This document shows positions 33,196 to 43,319 of a stretch of 64,000 nucleotides of DNA, piece by piece. The notes beneath the pieces were generated by a model. The model saw only the letters and a program-made list of their open reading frames with translations. It was not told where the DNA came from and searched no databases. Position numbers and translations under genes: made by a program. This DNA is from Candidatus Marinacidobacterium sp. (GTDB lineage Bacteria; Acidobacteriota; Vicinamibacteria; Marinacidobacterales; Marinacidobacteraceae), in contig OZ242011.1 in the NCBI GenBank assembly GCA_965204755.1, positions 2,144,001 through 2,208,000 of the forward strand. The letters run 5' to 3'. Every line of letters starts with the position of its first letter. Position 1 is the first letter of the stretch.

Positions 33196-34412
33196 TTCCG
33201 GGGCAGGACCCGCAGGAACCGGCGCTTCCCCACGCGCAGGACCGCCCCCCCGTCGGGGAGGACGACCGGCTCCTTCCAGGAGGTGATGGTTCGCCCGTCG
33301 AGTGACACCGCGTTGTTGTCCACCAGGCGGCGTCCTTCGGAGCGGCTCTTCGCGAACCCGGACCCGGTGAGCAGGTCGAGCACGCCCGCGGGCGAGTCCA
33401 CGCGCAGCGCCGGCAGGTCTTCCGGCGCCTCCCGCCGGACGAAGACCGCCTCGAACCGGTCGCGCGCTTCGGCCGCCTCGGCCCCGGAGTGGAAGCCGGA
33501 GACGATCTCGACGGCGAGCGCCTGCTTCGCCTCGCGGGGATGGACTTCGCCGGACTCGATCCCGGCGGCGAGCGCGCGGACCTCCGCCGGCGTGCGGTCG
33601 GTCAGCAACTCCGCGTAGCGCAGCATCACCTCGTCGCTGACGGACATCAACTTCCCGAACATCTCGCCGGGGGGATCGGTGACCCCCACCGCGTTGCCCA
33701 GCGTCTTGGACATCTTCTCCACGCCGTTCAGCCCTTCCAGGAGCGGCATGGTCAGCGCGACCTGGGGGGTCAGCCCGTATTCGCGCATGATGTGGCGGCC
33801 GACCAGCAGGTTGAACAACTGGTCGGCGCCGCCGAGTTCGAAGTCGGCCTTCGTCCATACCGAGTCGTAGGCCTGCGCCAGCGGATAGAGGAACTCGTGG
33901 ATCGAGATCGGCCGGTTGCCGCGGAACCGGCGCTCGAAGTCGTCCCGCTCCAGCATCCGGGCGACGGTGTAGCGGGAAGCGAGCCGGATCAGCCCCTCGC
34001 TGCCGAGTTCGGAGAGCCACGAACTGTTGAACGCCACCTTGGTCCGCTCCGGGTCGAGGATCCGGAACACCTGCTCCCGGTAGGTGCGGGCGTTCTCCTC
34101 GATCTGCTCGCGGGTGAGTTGGGGGCGCGTCCGGGAGCGGCCGCTGGGGTCGCCGATGAGACCGGTGAAGTCGCCGATCACGAACCAGACCTCGTGCCCG
34201 AGATCCTGGAAGTGCTTCATCTTCCGCATGACCACGGTGTGGCCGAGATGCAGGTCGGGCGCGGAGGGGTCGAAACCCACCTTCACCCGCAGCGGTTCGC
34301 CGGACTCGGCGGACCGGCGCACCCGTCCGGCGAGTTCGCCGGCGGGCTCGATGCGGTCGGCGCCCTTCTCCAGGTAGGCGATCTGCTCCTCGACGGGAGC
34401 GGAGCCGTCCAT
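33192..34412 (-). CDS. tyrS: tyrosine-tRNA ligase
   Basis: GFDPSAPDLHLGH (HIGH-like), ELGGADQLFN, KMSKT, C-terminal S4-like domain. Confidence 0.97.
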   Translation of the reverse strand: MDGSAPVEEQIAYLEKGADRIEPAGELAGRVRRSAESGEPLRVKVGFDPSAPDLHLGHTVVMRKMKHFQDLGHEVWFVIGDFTGLIGDPSGRSRTRPQLTREQIEENARTYREQVFRILDPERTKVAFNSSWLSELGSEGLIRLASRYTVARMLERDDFERRFRGNRPISIHEFLYPLAQAYDSVWTKADFELGGADQLFNLLVGRHIMREYGLTPQVALTMPLLEGLNGVEKMSKTLGNAVGVTDPPGEMFGKLMSVSDEVMLRYAELLTDRTPAEVRALAAGIESGEVHPREAKQALAVEIVSGFHSGAEAAEARDRFEAVFVRREAPEDLPALRVDSPAGVLDLLTGSGFAKSRSEGRRLVDNNAVSLDGRTITSWKEPVVLPDGGAVLRVGKRRFLRVLPRK

Positions 34413-35083
34413 CAGTCCGGGGCGCGCCGGGTCACGCGCCGCCCCTCGATCCAATACCCGCCCCGGCGCAGCCGCCGCACCGCTTCCGGCAGGAGGCGGT
34501 GTTCCACCTCCCGCACCCGGTCGGCCAGGGTGTCCGGCGTGTCGTCGTCCTCGACCGGGACGCTGCCCTGGAGCAGGATCGGCCCGTGGTCGAGGTATTC
34601 GTCCACCAGGTGGACGGTGGCGCCGCTGACCTTGACGCCCCGGTCGAGGGCTTGGTGGTGCGCCCTCAGGCCGGGGAACGCCGGGAGGAGCGACGGGTGG
34701 ATGTTGAGCACCCGGTCGGGGAAGGCGCGGGTCACCACCGGGGAGACGATGCGCATGAACCCGGCGAGGCAGACCAGGTCCACCCGGTGGCGGCGGAGCG
34801 CCTCCACCACCGCCCGGTCGAAGGATTCCCGGTCGGGGAACGCCCGGTGGGGGATCACCTCGGTGGGCACGCCGGCGTCCTTCGCCCGCTGCACCCCCGG
34901 CGCTTTCGCCCGGTTGCTGATGACGACGACCGGCTCGGCGTCGAGCGAGCCCTCCCGCGCCGCTTCGAGCAGCCGCATCATGTTCGTGCCCTGGCCGGAG
35001 ATCAGGATGCCCAGCCGGGGGCCGGGAACCGGGAGCGCTTCGTCCCGGTGCGGGTGCTCGTGCGGCGGGAGTTCGTAACTCAC
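34412..35083 (-). CDS. purN: phosphoribosylglycinamide formyltransferase
   Basis: ISGQGTNM, LAGFMRI, NIHPSLLPAFPG, GATVHLVDEYLDHGPI. Confidence 0.97.
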   Translation of the reverse strand: MSYELPPHEHPHRDEALPVPGPRLGILISGQGTNMMRLLEAAREGSLDAEPVVVISNRAKAPGVQRAKDAGVPTEVIPHRAFPDRESFDRAVVEALRRHRVDLVCLAGFMRIVSPVVTRAFPDRVLNIHPSLLPAFPGLRAHHQALDRGVKVSGATVHLVDEYLDHGPILLQGSVPVEDDDTPDTLADRVREVEHRLLPEAVRRLRRGGYWIEGRRVTRRAPD

Positions 35084-36135
35084 CGGAGGGCTCCCCGGAA
35101 GCGCGCGCCCGGCGGGCCGGCGCTCGCGACGACTTCGCCGAGCGGCCAGGCTCCCGGCAGTCGTCGGAGCGCCTCGTCCCGTTCGGCGGCGGGGACGACG
35201 ACGACCAGGCCCACGCCGCAGTTGAAAGCGCGCAGCATCTCGTCGGCGGCGATCCCCCCGGCTTCGGCGAGCAGGCGGAAGAGCGGCGGGAGGCGCCAGG
35301 AGTCGAGGTCCACTTCCGCCGAACAGCCGTCGGGCAGCACCCGCGGCAGGTTGCCGGGGAGGCCGCCGCCGGTGATGTGGGCCAGGGCGGAGACGAGGCT
35401 GTCCCGCAGGAGCGGCCGGACTTCCGGCAGGTAGCAGCGGTGGCGGGCGAGGAGCGCGTCGGCGGCGGACGCGTCCATCCCGGGCAGCCGATCGGAGACG
35501 GTGAGCCCCAGCCGGTCTTCGAGGACGGCGCGGGCCAGGGAGTAGCCGTTCGTGTGGAGCCCGTTCGAGGGAAGCGCGAGCAGCGCGTCCCCGGGTCGGA
35601 CGCGGCTTCCGTCCACGATCCGGTCGCGCTCGACGGCGCCGACGATCGTCCCGGCGACCTCGTAGTCCCCGGCGGGGTAGAAGCCGGGCATCTCCGCGGT
35701 CTCGCCGCCGAGGAGCGCGGCGCCGAACTCCCGGCAGGCCTCGGCCATCCCGCGCACCAGCCCTTCCACGGCGTCCTCGTCGAGCGACCCCATGGCGATG
35801 TAGTCGAGGAAGAAGAGCGGCTCCGCGCCCTGCACCAGGATGTCGTTCACGCAGTGGGACACGAGGTCGTAGCCGGGCACTTCGTGCCGCCCGGCCTGCC
35901 GCGCCAGCCGCAGTTTCGTCCCCACGCCGTCGGTGGAGGCGACGAGCACCGGATCCCGGAACCGGGCCGCGTCGAACCGGAAGAGCCCGCCGAAGTGCCC
36001 GATCTCCCCCAGCACCGCCGCGCCGTGCGTCCCCTGAACCAGCGGCCGAATCCGGTCGAGCGCCCGGTCGGCGGCGGCGATGTTCACGCCGGCCGCCCGG
36101 TAGTCGAGGGCAGGCGCGGAGGGCTCGGCGGACAC
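35080..36135 (-). CDS. purM: phosphoribosylformylglycinamidine cyclo-ligase
   Basis: YRAAGVNI, STDGVGTK, GGETAEMPG, GLHTNGYSL, AHITGGG. Start uncertain (36135 or 36255). Confidence 0.96.
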   Translation of the reverse strand: MSAEPSAPALDYRAAGVNIAAADRALDRIRPLVQGTHGAAVLGEIGHFGGLFRFDAARFRDPVLVASTDGVGTKLRLARQAGRHEVPGYDLVSHCVNDILVQGAEPLFFLDYIAMGSLDEDAVEGLVRGMAEACREFGAALLGGETAEMPGFYPAGDYEVAGTIVGAVERDRIVDGSRVRPGDALLALPSNGLHTNGYSLARAVLEDRLGLTVSDRLPGMDASAADALLARHRCYLPEVRPLLRDSLVSALAHITGGGLPGNLPRVLPDGCSAEVDLDSWRLPPLFRLLAEAGGIAADEMLRAFNCGVGLVVVVPAAERDEALRRLPGAWPLGEVVASAGPPGARFRGALR

Positions 36136-36395
36136 GGTGCGCGGATTATCGCCGGCACCGGTTCCCACACCGTCCCGCCCAGCGGGGTCGGCCCGGAGGC
36201 TTACGGCCGACCGCGACTCTGGCGAACCGCTCGCCGTTCCCTTTTCGGGGCCCAACAGGTACTATCTTCTAGCGTCTCACCGACCGGATGGCTCGTCTTC
36301 CCGGCTTCCCTAGGCCGCCGACCCCCGCCGTTCCCGTCCGCGGCCCCGGCCGGCTTGGACGACCGCTCCGCGCCCCTCGGTCCAGAGGAGAACAG

Positions 36396-37595
36396 TTGGC
36401 CGGCATCTTTTCCGGGCCGACTTGCGAATGGCTCCGTGCGACCGATGTGCGGTCTCGGAAGGCGCTCGGGCAATACATGACGCCCCGGGCGCTGCGCGAG
36501 CGGCTACTCGACCAGTGCGACCTCTGGCCGGGCATTCGCGTGCTCGATCCGGGTGTAGGCACGGGGGAGTTCCTCGCCTCCGTGCTCGAGCGGCAACCGG
36601 ATGCCCGCACTTCCGGCTGGGATGTAGACACGGACATCCTCTCAGTCGCTCGTAAGGTTGTTCCCGACGCCCACCTCGAACGGCGATCCGCCCTCGATTC
36701 CTGGGACGGAACACCATTCGACTTGGTCGTAGGGAACCCTCCGTACTTTCAGTTTCGTGCGGACACCCAAACCAGGCGTCGTTTTCGTAAAGTGATCTCC
36801 GGGCGAGTCAACATCTTCTCCCTGTTCTTCCAGATCGGCATCGAAGTTCTGCAACCCGGGGGTCAACTCGCTTTCGTCGTCCCGCCGTCAATGAACAGCG
36901 GGGCGTACTTCGATCGCCTGCGCATGTTCCTCGCACATCGGGCAGATGTGGAATTCCTGAAAGTCCACACCGCACATGACTTGTTCGATGGCGCCCACAC
37001 AGCGGTGCAACTCATCGTCCTACGAGTCGGGTCCCAATCTTCAACGAATCGCCATGTTGCGATCTTTCGCGACGAACGGAGCGGCTTTAGGCGGACGGTC
37101 TTCTGCGAAGATGCGGACGCGTTACGCCGACGCCAGACGAAGGGCAGGACGCTCTTCGAACTCGGTTACAAGGCTGCTACGGGCACCATCGTGTGGAACC
37201 AGCACCGCCACGCTCTGCGACATGAGTCTAACGGCGCTACGGTCCGTCTTATCTGGTCGCACAACATCGAAAACGAACTCAACTTCAACGCTCATCGGCG
37301 TAAGCCTCCGTTCATCGAGACTTCGAAGAGGATTCATGGCCCGGCCATCGTCGTGAATCGCATTACCGGTGCAGTTGGTCGGGCAGAACTCCGCTGTGCG
37401 CTCGTACGCGACGAGGTTTTCGTCGCGGAGAACCATGTCAATGTAATCCGTCCGCATGGTCTCTTTGAACCCCTGCTGGAATGGGAGCATCTGTTGGAAT
37501 CTCTCCGCCACCCCGATGTTGCCGACCACGTGCGACTGATAACGGGTAATACTCAGATTTCTGCTACCGAATTGACTCATATGCTTCGCGTCTGA
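36396..37595 (+). CDS. N6-adenine DNA methyltransferase, gamma-type (TaqI/Eco57I-like)
   Basis: KALGQYMTP, motif I VLDPGVGTGEF before motif IV VVGNPPY. GAGGAG RBS precedes TTG 36396. Lower GC than the flanks. Confidence 0.88.
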   Translation: MAGIFSGPTCEWLRATDVRSRKALGQYMTPRALRERLLDQCDLWPGIRVLDPGVGTGEFLASVLERQPDARTSGWDVDTDILSVARKVVPDAHLERRSALDSWDGTPFDLVVGNPPYFQFRADTQTRRRFRKVISGRVNIFSLFFQIGIEVLQPGGQLAFVVPPSMNSGAYFDRLRMFLAHRADVEFLKVHTAHDLFDGAHTAVQLIVLRVGSQSSTNRHVAIFRDERSGFRRTVFCEDADALRRRQTKGRTLFELGYKAATGTIVWNQHRHALRHESNGATVRLIWSHNIENELNFNAHRRKPPFIETSKRIHGPAIVVNRITGAVGRAELRCALVRDEVFVAENHVNVIRPHGLFEPLLEWEHLLESLRHPDVADHVRLITGNTQISATELTHMLRV

Positions 37596-37599
37596 GTTT

Positions 37600-38502
37600 C
37601 TACTGTGAGTGTGATCGATCCACTCCGATCCATATGTGAAAACATGCAGTCCGAACCCAATTCGCGGCGGGCACGACTTCGCCGCCGGGGGCTCGCCAAG
37701 AATTCTTGTAGTGCGGATAGATTTTCGCTGTCCGTCCCGAGTGTTCTCCCCTGAGCATCACGGTAAGCCTCGGCGGTGAAGAGGAGGCGTCGGGGTGCGA
37801 AAGAGTGACTGACTCGACGAGAATCTGTTCGGTGTCTTGGAAACTGTGTTCTTCCTTCCTCCATCCGACTTTCAGGTCGGCATGAAAGATCGTCGGCGCA
37901 GCGCCGATGACATCGTCGGCAGTCTCCAGCCGTTCGATGACAGCCTTCGTAGTTATCCCGCGCGCTACGCAGCGAATGTAGTGTTGAAGGCGAGCCGGTG
38001 CGGGCTCTCCGGGAGTTAGGTGTCGTCGAAAATAGTCTCGCGCGCGACTCATCGTCTCCTGCTTCGATCGGTCAACCTCGTCGTAGTCGCCGTTCAGGTA
38101 AGCCCTCTGCCGGTCCTTCATCGTGGCGCTCATGATCGCCTTCAGTTCCAAACTGGAATCACTCAGAGCCCATGCGATCGATGAGAGTCCGGGGTTCCCG
38201 TCCGTCACCGGTCCGCCTGATTTCAACTCAACGGTTTGTCCGGTGGACGGTATCCGCAGATCCGAGCCCCAGAGGTTGTTCTCGGAGGTCTCGAAGACTG
38301 CGGCGTCACCGTACCACTCACGAAGAAACCGTCGCCCACGATCTACCCACGCTTCCAGAGCCGTGTAGTTGAGGCTCCTGAACAGCGTGGGACGCTGGGG
38401 GTTCGGGATCAGAGACATCTCGCGGACGACTGTCGCGAGCGCTGCGGGCGTCGCGACCATGGACCGCCGGACCAGGCGCTCAAAGGAGTCGAAATTGGCC
38501 AT
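37600..38502 (-). CDS. putative restriction endonuclease (PD-(D/E)XK-like)
   Basis: SDLRIP...TVELKSG catalytic-like motif; convergent with the MTase (4-nt gap between stops); same low-GC block. Confidence 0.55.
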   Translation of the reverse strand: MANFDSFERLVRRSMVATPAALATVVREMSLIPNPQRPTLFRSLNYTALEAWVDRGRRFLREWYGDAAVFETSENNLWGSDLRIPSTGQTVELKSGGPVTDGNPGLSSIAWALSDSSLELKAIMSATMKDRQRAYLNGDYDEVDRSKQETMSRARDYFRRHLTPGEPAPARLQHYIRCVARGITTKAVIERLETADDVIGAAPTIFHADLKVGWRKEEHSFQDTEQILVESVTLSHPDASSSPPRLTVMLRGEHSGRTAKIYPHYKNSWRAPGGEVVPAANWVRTACFHIWIGVDRSHSQ

Positions 38503-38623
38503 GGAAGTCGCGCCGAGCGCTGCGTCCCCAGTGTACCGGATGCCGGCCCCGGAGATGAGCACCAGAAAGCGGGCTCGTTCCGGTTGGTATCCTTGACCCT
38601 TCTGTTTTCTGTCGGAGGCCCCA

Positions 38624-40078
38624 ATGCGCACTGTGCCCTTTCTGCTCGCGTTCTCCGCGAGCGTCACCGTTTCGGCTTACGCCCAGGATCACCCCAAACT
38701 CCAGAAGGACTTTCCCGCGGAGGAGTTCGTGGAGCGCCGCGCGCGGGTCATGGAGGCGATCGGGGAGGACGCGATCGCCATCGTCCAGGGCGCGCCGGCG
38801 GCGCCGGGGTTCGTCGTCTTCCGCCAGTCGAACGAGTTCTACTACCTCACCGGGATCGAGGTCCCGCATTCCTACCTGCTCATGGACGGCCGGCAGCGGC
38901 GGTCGCTCCTGTTCCTGCCCCGGCGGGATCCGCGGAAGGAGCGCGGGGAAGGCCGGATGCTCTCCGCCGAGGACGAAGAGGAAGCCGTCGCGGCCACGGG
39001 AGTGGACGCCGTGTTCGCGATCGACCAGTTGGCCCGCCAGTTGTACGGCTTCGCGCTGCGGCCGCCGTCGCCGACGGTCCATACCTTCCTGAGCCCCGCC
39101 GAAGAACGCCAGCAGAGCCGGGACGAGAACCTGATCGGCCACGCGCAAAGGGTCTCCGACCCGTGGGACGGCCGCGCTTCGCGGGAAGGGGCGTTCGTCG
39201 GCCACCTGCGCGCCCGGTACCCGCAGTTCGAAATCGCCGACCTGACGCCGATCGTGGACGCCATGCGCCTCCACAAGTCGCCGCGGGAGATCGCGCTGGT
39301 GCGGCGGGCGAGCGAACTCGCCGGGCTCGGCATCATGGAGGCGATGCGCTCCACCGAGCCGGGGCTCCACGAGTACCAACTCGACGCGGCGGCGCGTTAC
39401 ATCTACCTCATCAACGGCGCGCAGGGCGAGGGGTACCGCTCCATCACCGCCACCGGGACGAACGCCTACTACGGGCACTACTACCGGAACGACGCGGAAC
39501 TGAAGGACGGGGAGTTGATCCTGATGGATCACGCTCCCGACTACCGCTACTACACGAGCGACATCGCGCGGATGTGGCCGGTGAACGGCGTGTTCGACCC
39601 CGACCAGCGGAAACTCTACGGGTTCATCGTGCGATACGCCGAAGCCTTGATGCGCCGCCTGGGGCCGGGCGTTACCCCGGACCAGGTGCTCGACGGCGCC
39701 GCCGAAGAGATGGCGCCGGTCGTCGAGGAGATGGGGTTCACGAACCCGCTGCACGAACAGGCGGCGCGGGAAGCGCTCTCCTTCCGGGGCCACCTCTCCC
39801 ACCCGGTCGGCCTCGCCGTCCACGATGTGGGGAGTTACCGCGGCCGCCCGATGGAGGCCGGCCTGGTGTTCGCCTTGGACCCGATGCTCTGGGTCCACGA
39901 GGAGCGGCTCTATGTGCGCATGGAGGATGTGGTGGCGATCACCGAGAACGGCGTCGAGAACTTCACCGACTTCATGCCCCGCACTGTAGAAGAGATCGAG
40001 GCCTTCCTCCGCGAGGACGGCGCCCTGCAGCGCACGCCCCCCATGCCCGGAACGCCCCCGCCGCCCCCCGGCCGGTAG
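38624..40078 (+). CDS. exported Xaa-Pro aminopeptidase (M24B)
   Basis: Signal peptide; FRQSNEFYYLTG; KSPREI; YTSDIARMWP; SHPVGLAVHDVG; RMEDVV. Confidence 0.9.
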   Translation: MRTVPFLLAFSASVTVSAYAQDHPKLQKDFPAEEFVERRARVMEAIGEDAIAIVQGAPAAPGFVVFRQSNEFYYLTGIEVPHSYLLMDGRQRRSLLFLPRRDPRKERGEGRMLSAEDEEEAVAATGVDAVFAIDQLARQLYGFALRPPSPTVHTFLSPAEERQQSRDENLIGHAQRVSDPWDGRASREGAFVGHLRARYPQFEIADLTPIVDAMRLHKSPREIALVRRASELAGLGIMEAMRSTEPGLHEYQLDAAARYIYLINGAQGEGYRSITATGTNAYYGHYYRNDAELKDGELILMDHAPDYRYYTSDIARMWPVNGVFDPDQRKLYGFIVRYAEALMRRLGPGVTPDQVLDGAAEEMAPVVEEMGFTNPLHEQAAREALSFRGHLSHPVGLAVHDVGSYRGRPMEAGLVFALDPMLWVHEERLYVRMEDVVAITENGVENFTDFMPRTVEEIEAFLREDGALQRTPPMPGTPPPPPGR

Positions 40079-40091
40079 CGCTTCGGCAGCC

Positions 40092-41249
40092 CTACCGGGG
40101 TCGGTCGGCCCGCAGCAGCGCCGGGATGTGGCCCGGCGAGCACACCGTCACGGTCCTTCCCCCGAAACGCCGGGCGTAGGGCTCTTCGACGAACGGGCAG
40201 CAGAGCAGGTCGGGGCCCTCCGGGTAGGCCTCGCGGAACGCGCGGATGCCGCCGGCGGAGAACGCGTCGGGTGAAATCTTCGTTTCCACCGCCGCCACGC
40301 GATCGCGTCCGCAGGGGATGACGAAGTCCACTTCGCGCCCGGCGCCGTCGCGCCAGTAGTGGAGGCGGCTCGCCGGCAACTCCGCCAGGAGTTCGTCGAG
40401 CGCCAGGTTCTCCCAGAGCGGGCCCCGGTCGGCGGGCCGCAGCCCGGTCCAGCCCCGGGCGTGGCAGACCAGCCCGGTGTCCAGGCCGTAGAGGCGCGGC
40501 CGCCGCCGCAGTTCCCGCCGCCCGCCGCCGTGGAACGGCGGCAGCCGAACCGTGATGCCGCAGAGGTCCAGGAGGTCGAGGTAGGCCACGGTTGTCGGCC
40601 GGCTGACGCCGGCGTCGCGAGCGAGCGAAGAGGCGTCCGGGAGGCCGCCGTTGTGGACGAGCGCCAGCGAGACGAGGCGGAGGAACCCGCCGCGGTTCCG
40701 GACCTCGAACAGCGCCTGGATGTCCCGGGCGAAGAAACCGTCCAGCCACTCCTCGAACCAGGCGGGGTCGGGCGCCGCGGCGAGCAACTGTTCCGGGAAG
40801 CCGCCGTGGAGCAGCCGCCGGTCGAGGTCCGCCGCCCCGAGCCAATCGGGACACTCCCGCCAGAGGATCGGGCGGAGGGGCACGGTCCACTTCCGCCCGG
40901 CGAGCGAGTCGCGGAACTTCCGGCCGGCGAAGAGCGAGGAAGAGCCGGTGGCGAGGAGGCGCGCTTCGGGGAACTCGTCCGCGGCGATCTTGAGAAGCGA
41001 GGACGGGTCCTCCGCCCGGTGTACTTCGTCGAGGACCGCCCGACTCCCGGCCGGGAGCCCGCGGAGGAACGCCTCCGGGTCGGCGAGCCGGGCCTGCACC
41101 GCCGGCAGGTCGCAGTTGAAGTAGCCGCAGTCCTCGAGGCCCCGTCCGAGGACCGTCTTTCCGAGCCGCCGAGCCCCGGAGAGCCAGACGATGCTCCGCG
41201 TCCGCCAGGCGTCCTCGATCCGGTGACGCCAGAAAGGTCGCTCGATCAT
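40092..41249 (-). CDS. AAA_14 ATPase + DUF4143 protein
   Basis: SGARRLGKT, LDEVH, ATGSS, SLAGRK, LYGLDTG, YWRD..REVDFV..VETK. Confidence 0.9.
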   Translation of the reverse strand: MIERPFWRHRIEDAWRTRSIVWLSGARRLGKTVLGRGLEDCGYFNCDLPAVQARLADPEAFLRGLPAGSRAVLDEVHRAEDPSSLLKIAADEFPEARLLATGSSSLFAGRKFRDSLAGRKWTVPLRPILWRECPDWLGAADLDRRLLHGGFPEQLLAAAPDPAWFEEWLDGFFARDIQALFEVRNRGGFLRLVSLALVHNGGLPDASSLARDAGVSRPTTVAYLDLLDLCGITVRLPPFHGGGRRELRRRPRLYGLDTGLVCHARGWTGLRPADRGPLWENLALDELLAELPASRLHYWRDGAGREVDFVIPCGRDRVAAVETKISPDAFSAGGIRAFREAYPEGPDLLCCPFVEEPYARRFGGRTVTVCSPGHIPALLRADRPR

Positions 41250-41265
41250 GCGAAGTGGAAGTGTA

Positions 41266-41294
41266 TTTTACATTTTACCGAGTAAAAAGTAAAA
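41266..41294. promoter_or_regulatory. AT-rich inverted repeat, candidate operator/promoter of the DUF4143 gene
   Basis: TTTTACATTTTAC-cga-GTAAAAAGTAAAA (one mismatch), 17 nt upstream of ATG 41249. Confidence 0.6.
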
Positions 41295-41348
41295 CATAAC
41301 TTCGTTTCGGCAGCGCGGCGCCGCGGGTCGCGTAGCGGCGGCCGCCCG

Positions 41349-41861
41349 TCAGCCGGCGCCGTCCCCGCCCGCTGCGACCTCGAAGGTGACGCCGAAGCGC
41401 TCGGCGTAGTCCACGACCTGGGTGGGGTTCGGGTCCACATTCAGGATGAGGAAGGTGGCGCCGGGCGGGGAGAGGAGGTGGCGGTCGAGCGAGTGCCAGG
41501 TTCCGGTGTGATAGACGAACGGCGTTCCGGGCGCGATGAGGAAGGCGCGGACTTCCTCCGGCTTCGGGATCGCCCGCTCGTCGTCGGGATCCGTCGGCGG
41601 CGCGACGCAGACCGCGGAGGGAGGCCCCTCGAGCGGCACGAACCCCTGGGCCACGGCGAAGTGGCGCTCGAGCAGGGTGAACCGGCGGTCGTCGGCGTAG
41701 GGCTGCCAGATCACATCCAGCGTGGGGCGTCCGTCGATGGAGAAGGGCACCGGGAAGAAGAGGCGCTCGTCCGCCGGGCGCTCCGGCGCCAGGCCGAGGT
41801 GGCCGAACGGCGCGAACGCCTCGGCGGTCATCGGTTCGGCTTCGAGTTCGAGGATGCGCAT
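41349..41861 (-). CDS. ureidoglycolate lyase-family protein
   Basis: AEPMTAEAFAPFG, LLERHF..QGFVPL, VRAFL...YHTGTWH; GGAGG RBS. Confidence 0.8.
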   Translation of the reverse strand: MRILELEAEPMTAEAFAPFGHLGLAPERPADERLFFPVPFSIDGRPTLDVIWQPYADDRRFTLLERHFAVAQGFVPLEGPPSAVCVAPPTDPDDERAIPKPEEVRAFLIAPGTPFVYHTGTWHSLDRHLLSPPGATFLILNVDPNPTQVVDYAERFGVTFEVAAGGDGAG

Positions 41862-41906
41862 CGCCGTTTCCTCCCGTCTTCGGGGCGCCGGCCCGCCGCC
41901 GCGGAC

Positions 41907-43319
41907 TCAGAACGGGCCGAGCGGAATCGCGTGCGCCACGACCAGTCCGACCGTGGCGAAGCCGAGTACATACCAGAACAGGGGCAGGTAGAACCGCAGC
42001 CAGACCCGCAGGCTGACCCGCCCGATCACCAGGGTGGCGAGGAAGTAGCCCGAGGTGGGGAAGACGATGTTGGTGATGCCGTCGCCCCAGTGCGTGGCGA
42101 GCACCACCACTTGCCGGGTGACCCCGATCAGGTCGCCTACCGGGACCAGGATGGGCAGGGTCAGCAGGCTCTGCCCCGACCCCGAGGGCACGAGGAAGTT
42201 GAACGCGGACTGGGCGTAGAGGATCCCGACGGCGGTCAACTCCTCCGGGAGCGCGGCGACGAGGGCCGCGAGGTGGAAGACCACGGTGTCCAGGATGCTC
42301 GCCTCCACCATCACCACCGAGACGCCCCGGGCCAAGCCGCAGATCAGCGCGCCGACCAGCATGTCCCGGAACGCCGAGTTGAAGTCGTCGCAGATCCGGT
42401 TGGCGCCCCGGCCGGCGACGACCGACGCGACGACCGCGGTCAGGACGAACAGCCCGCTGATCCCCTCGAAGCCGAGCCGCAGGACGACGAAGGCGGCCAC
42501 CGACCCGAGGAAGAGGACGAGGGCGGCGACCGCGGCCCACGCCAGCCGGCGGGGCGCCGGCCGGGACTCGTCCGCCGCGTCCGGCCCGGCGGCCCGGCGG
42601 AGCGCGGCGTCTCCTTCCGGGTTCAGGGCGGTCTCCGGACGGGTGCGCACCCTCCGGGCATAGCGGAGCACGAAGACGGCGGCCATGGTCTGGACCGCCG
42701 CGAACGAGGCGGAGCGAAACCCCGCTCCGGAGAACATCGGCAGCCCGGCGAGGGCGTGCCCGATCCCGATGGTGGAAGGCGCGGTAACCCCGAACGCGTA
42801 GCCCAGCGAGGTCGGGACCAGGGCGACCGCGGTGGCGGTCACCGTGTCGTAGCCGAGCCGCAGCAGCAGCGGCAGGACGACCGGGAGGTAGGCGATCGCC
42901 AGTTCGGGAGTCCCCACCAGCGCGGCGACCGCGGAGAAAGCGGCCATGAGCACCGGGATGAGCAACTCCGACCGGCCCCCCAGCCGGCGGGTCAGCGCCC
43001 GGATGCCCAGGTCGAGGATCCCCGCCCGGTGGACCACCCCGACGGAACCGCCGACGAGGAGCACCAGGAAGACGATGCTCGAGGCCTCCCGCAGCCCCTT
43101 CGGGACGGCGGTGACCAGTTCGAGGAAGCCGGCCGGGGAGGACTCGACCACCCGGTACGAGCCGGGGATCACCACTTCCCGCCCGTCGGGGAGGACGGCG
43201 CGCTCGAACGAGCCCGCCGGGACGATCCAGGTGAGGCCCGCCGCCAGGACGATGAAGCCGAGCAGGATCAGGTAGATGTCCGGCCGGGCCGCGGCCCGGC
43301 GGGCGCCGCCGGCGGTCAG
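41907..43319 (-). CDS. YfcC-family (ion-transporter superfamily) membrane transporter
   Basis: PDIYLILLGFIVLAAGLTWIVPAGSFER, NFLVPSGSGQ, GDGITN..PTSG. The first helix lies upstream of the tracked start (43175) and has no ATG/GTG/TTG before it, so CTG 43319 is tentative. Confidence 0.8.
   Translation of the reverse strand: MTAGGARRAAARPDIYLILLGFIVLAAGLTWIVPAGSFERAVLPDGREVVIPGSYRVVESSPAGFLELVTAVPKGLREASSIVFLVLLVGGSVGVVHRAGILDLGIRALTRRLGGRSELLIPVLMAAFSAVAALVGTPELAIAYLPVVLPLLLRLGYDTVTATAVALVPTSLGYAFGVTAPSTIGIGHALAGLPMFSGAGFRSASFAAVQTMAAVFVLRYARRVRTRPETALNPEGDAALRRAAGPDAADESRPAPRRLAWAAVAALVLFLGSVAAFVVLRLGFEGISGLFVLTAVVASVVAGRGANRICDDFNSAFRDMLVGALICGLARGVSVVMVEASILDTVVFHLAALVAALPEELTAVGILYAQSAFNFLVPSGSGQSLLTLPILVPVGDLIGVTRQVVVLATHWGDGITNIVFPTSGYFLATLVIGRVSLRVWLRFYLPLFWYVLGFATVGLVVAHAIPLGPF

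Noticed and set aside
36396-37595. Link between the TaqI-like MTase and the TCGA-rich array
   Set aside because: Specificity cannot be read from the sequence, the loci are 17 kb apart, and TCGA is common throughout the window.
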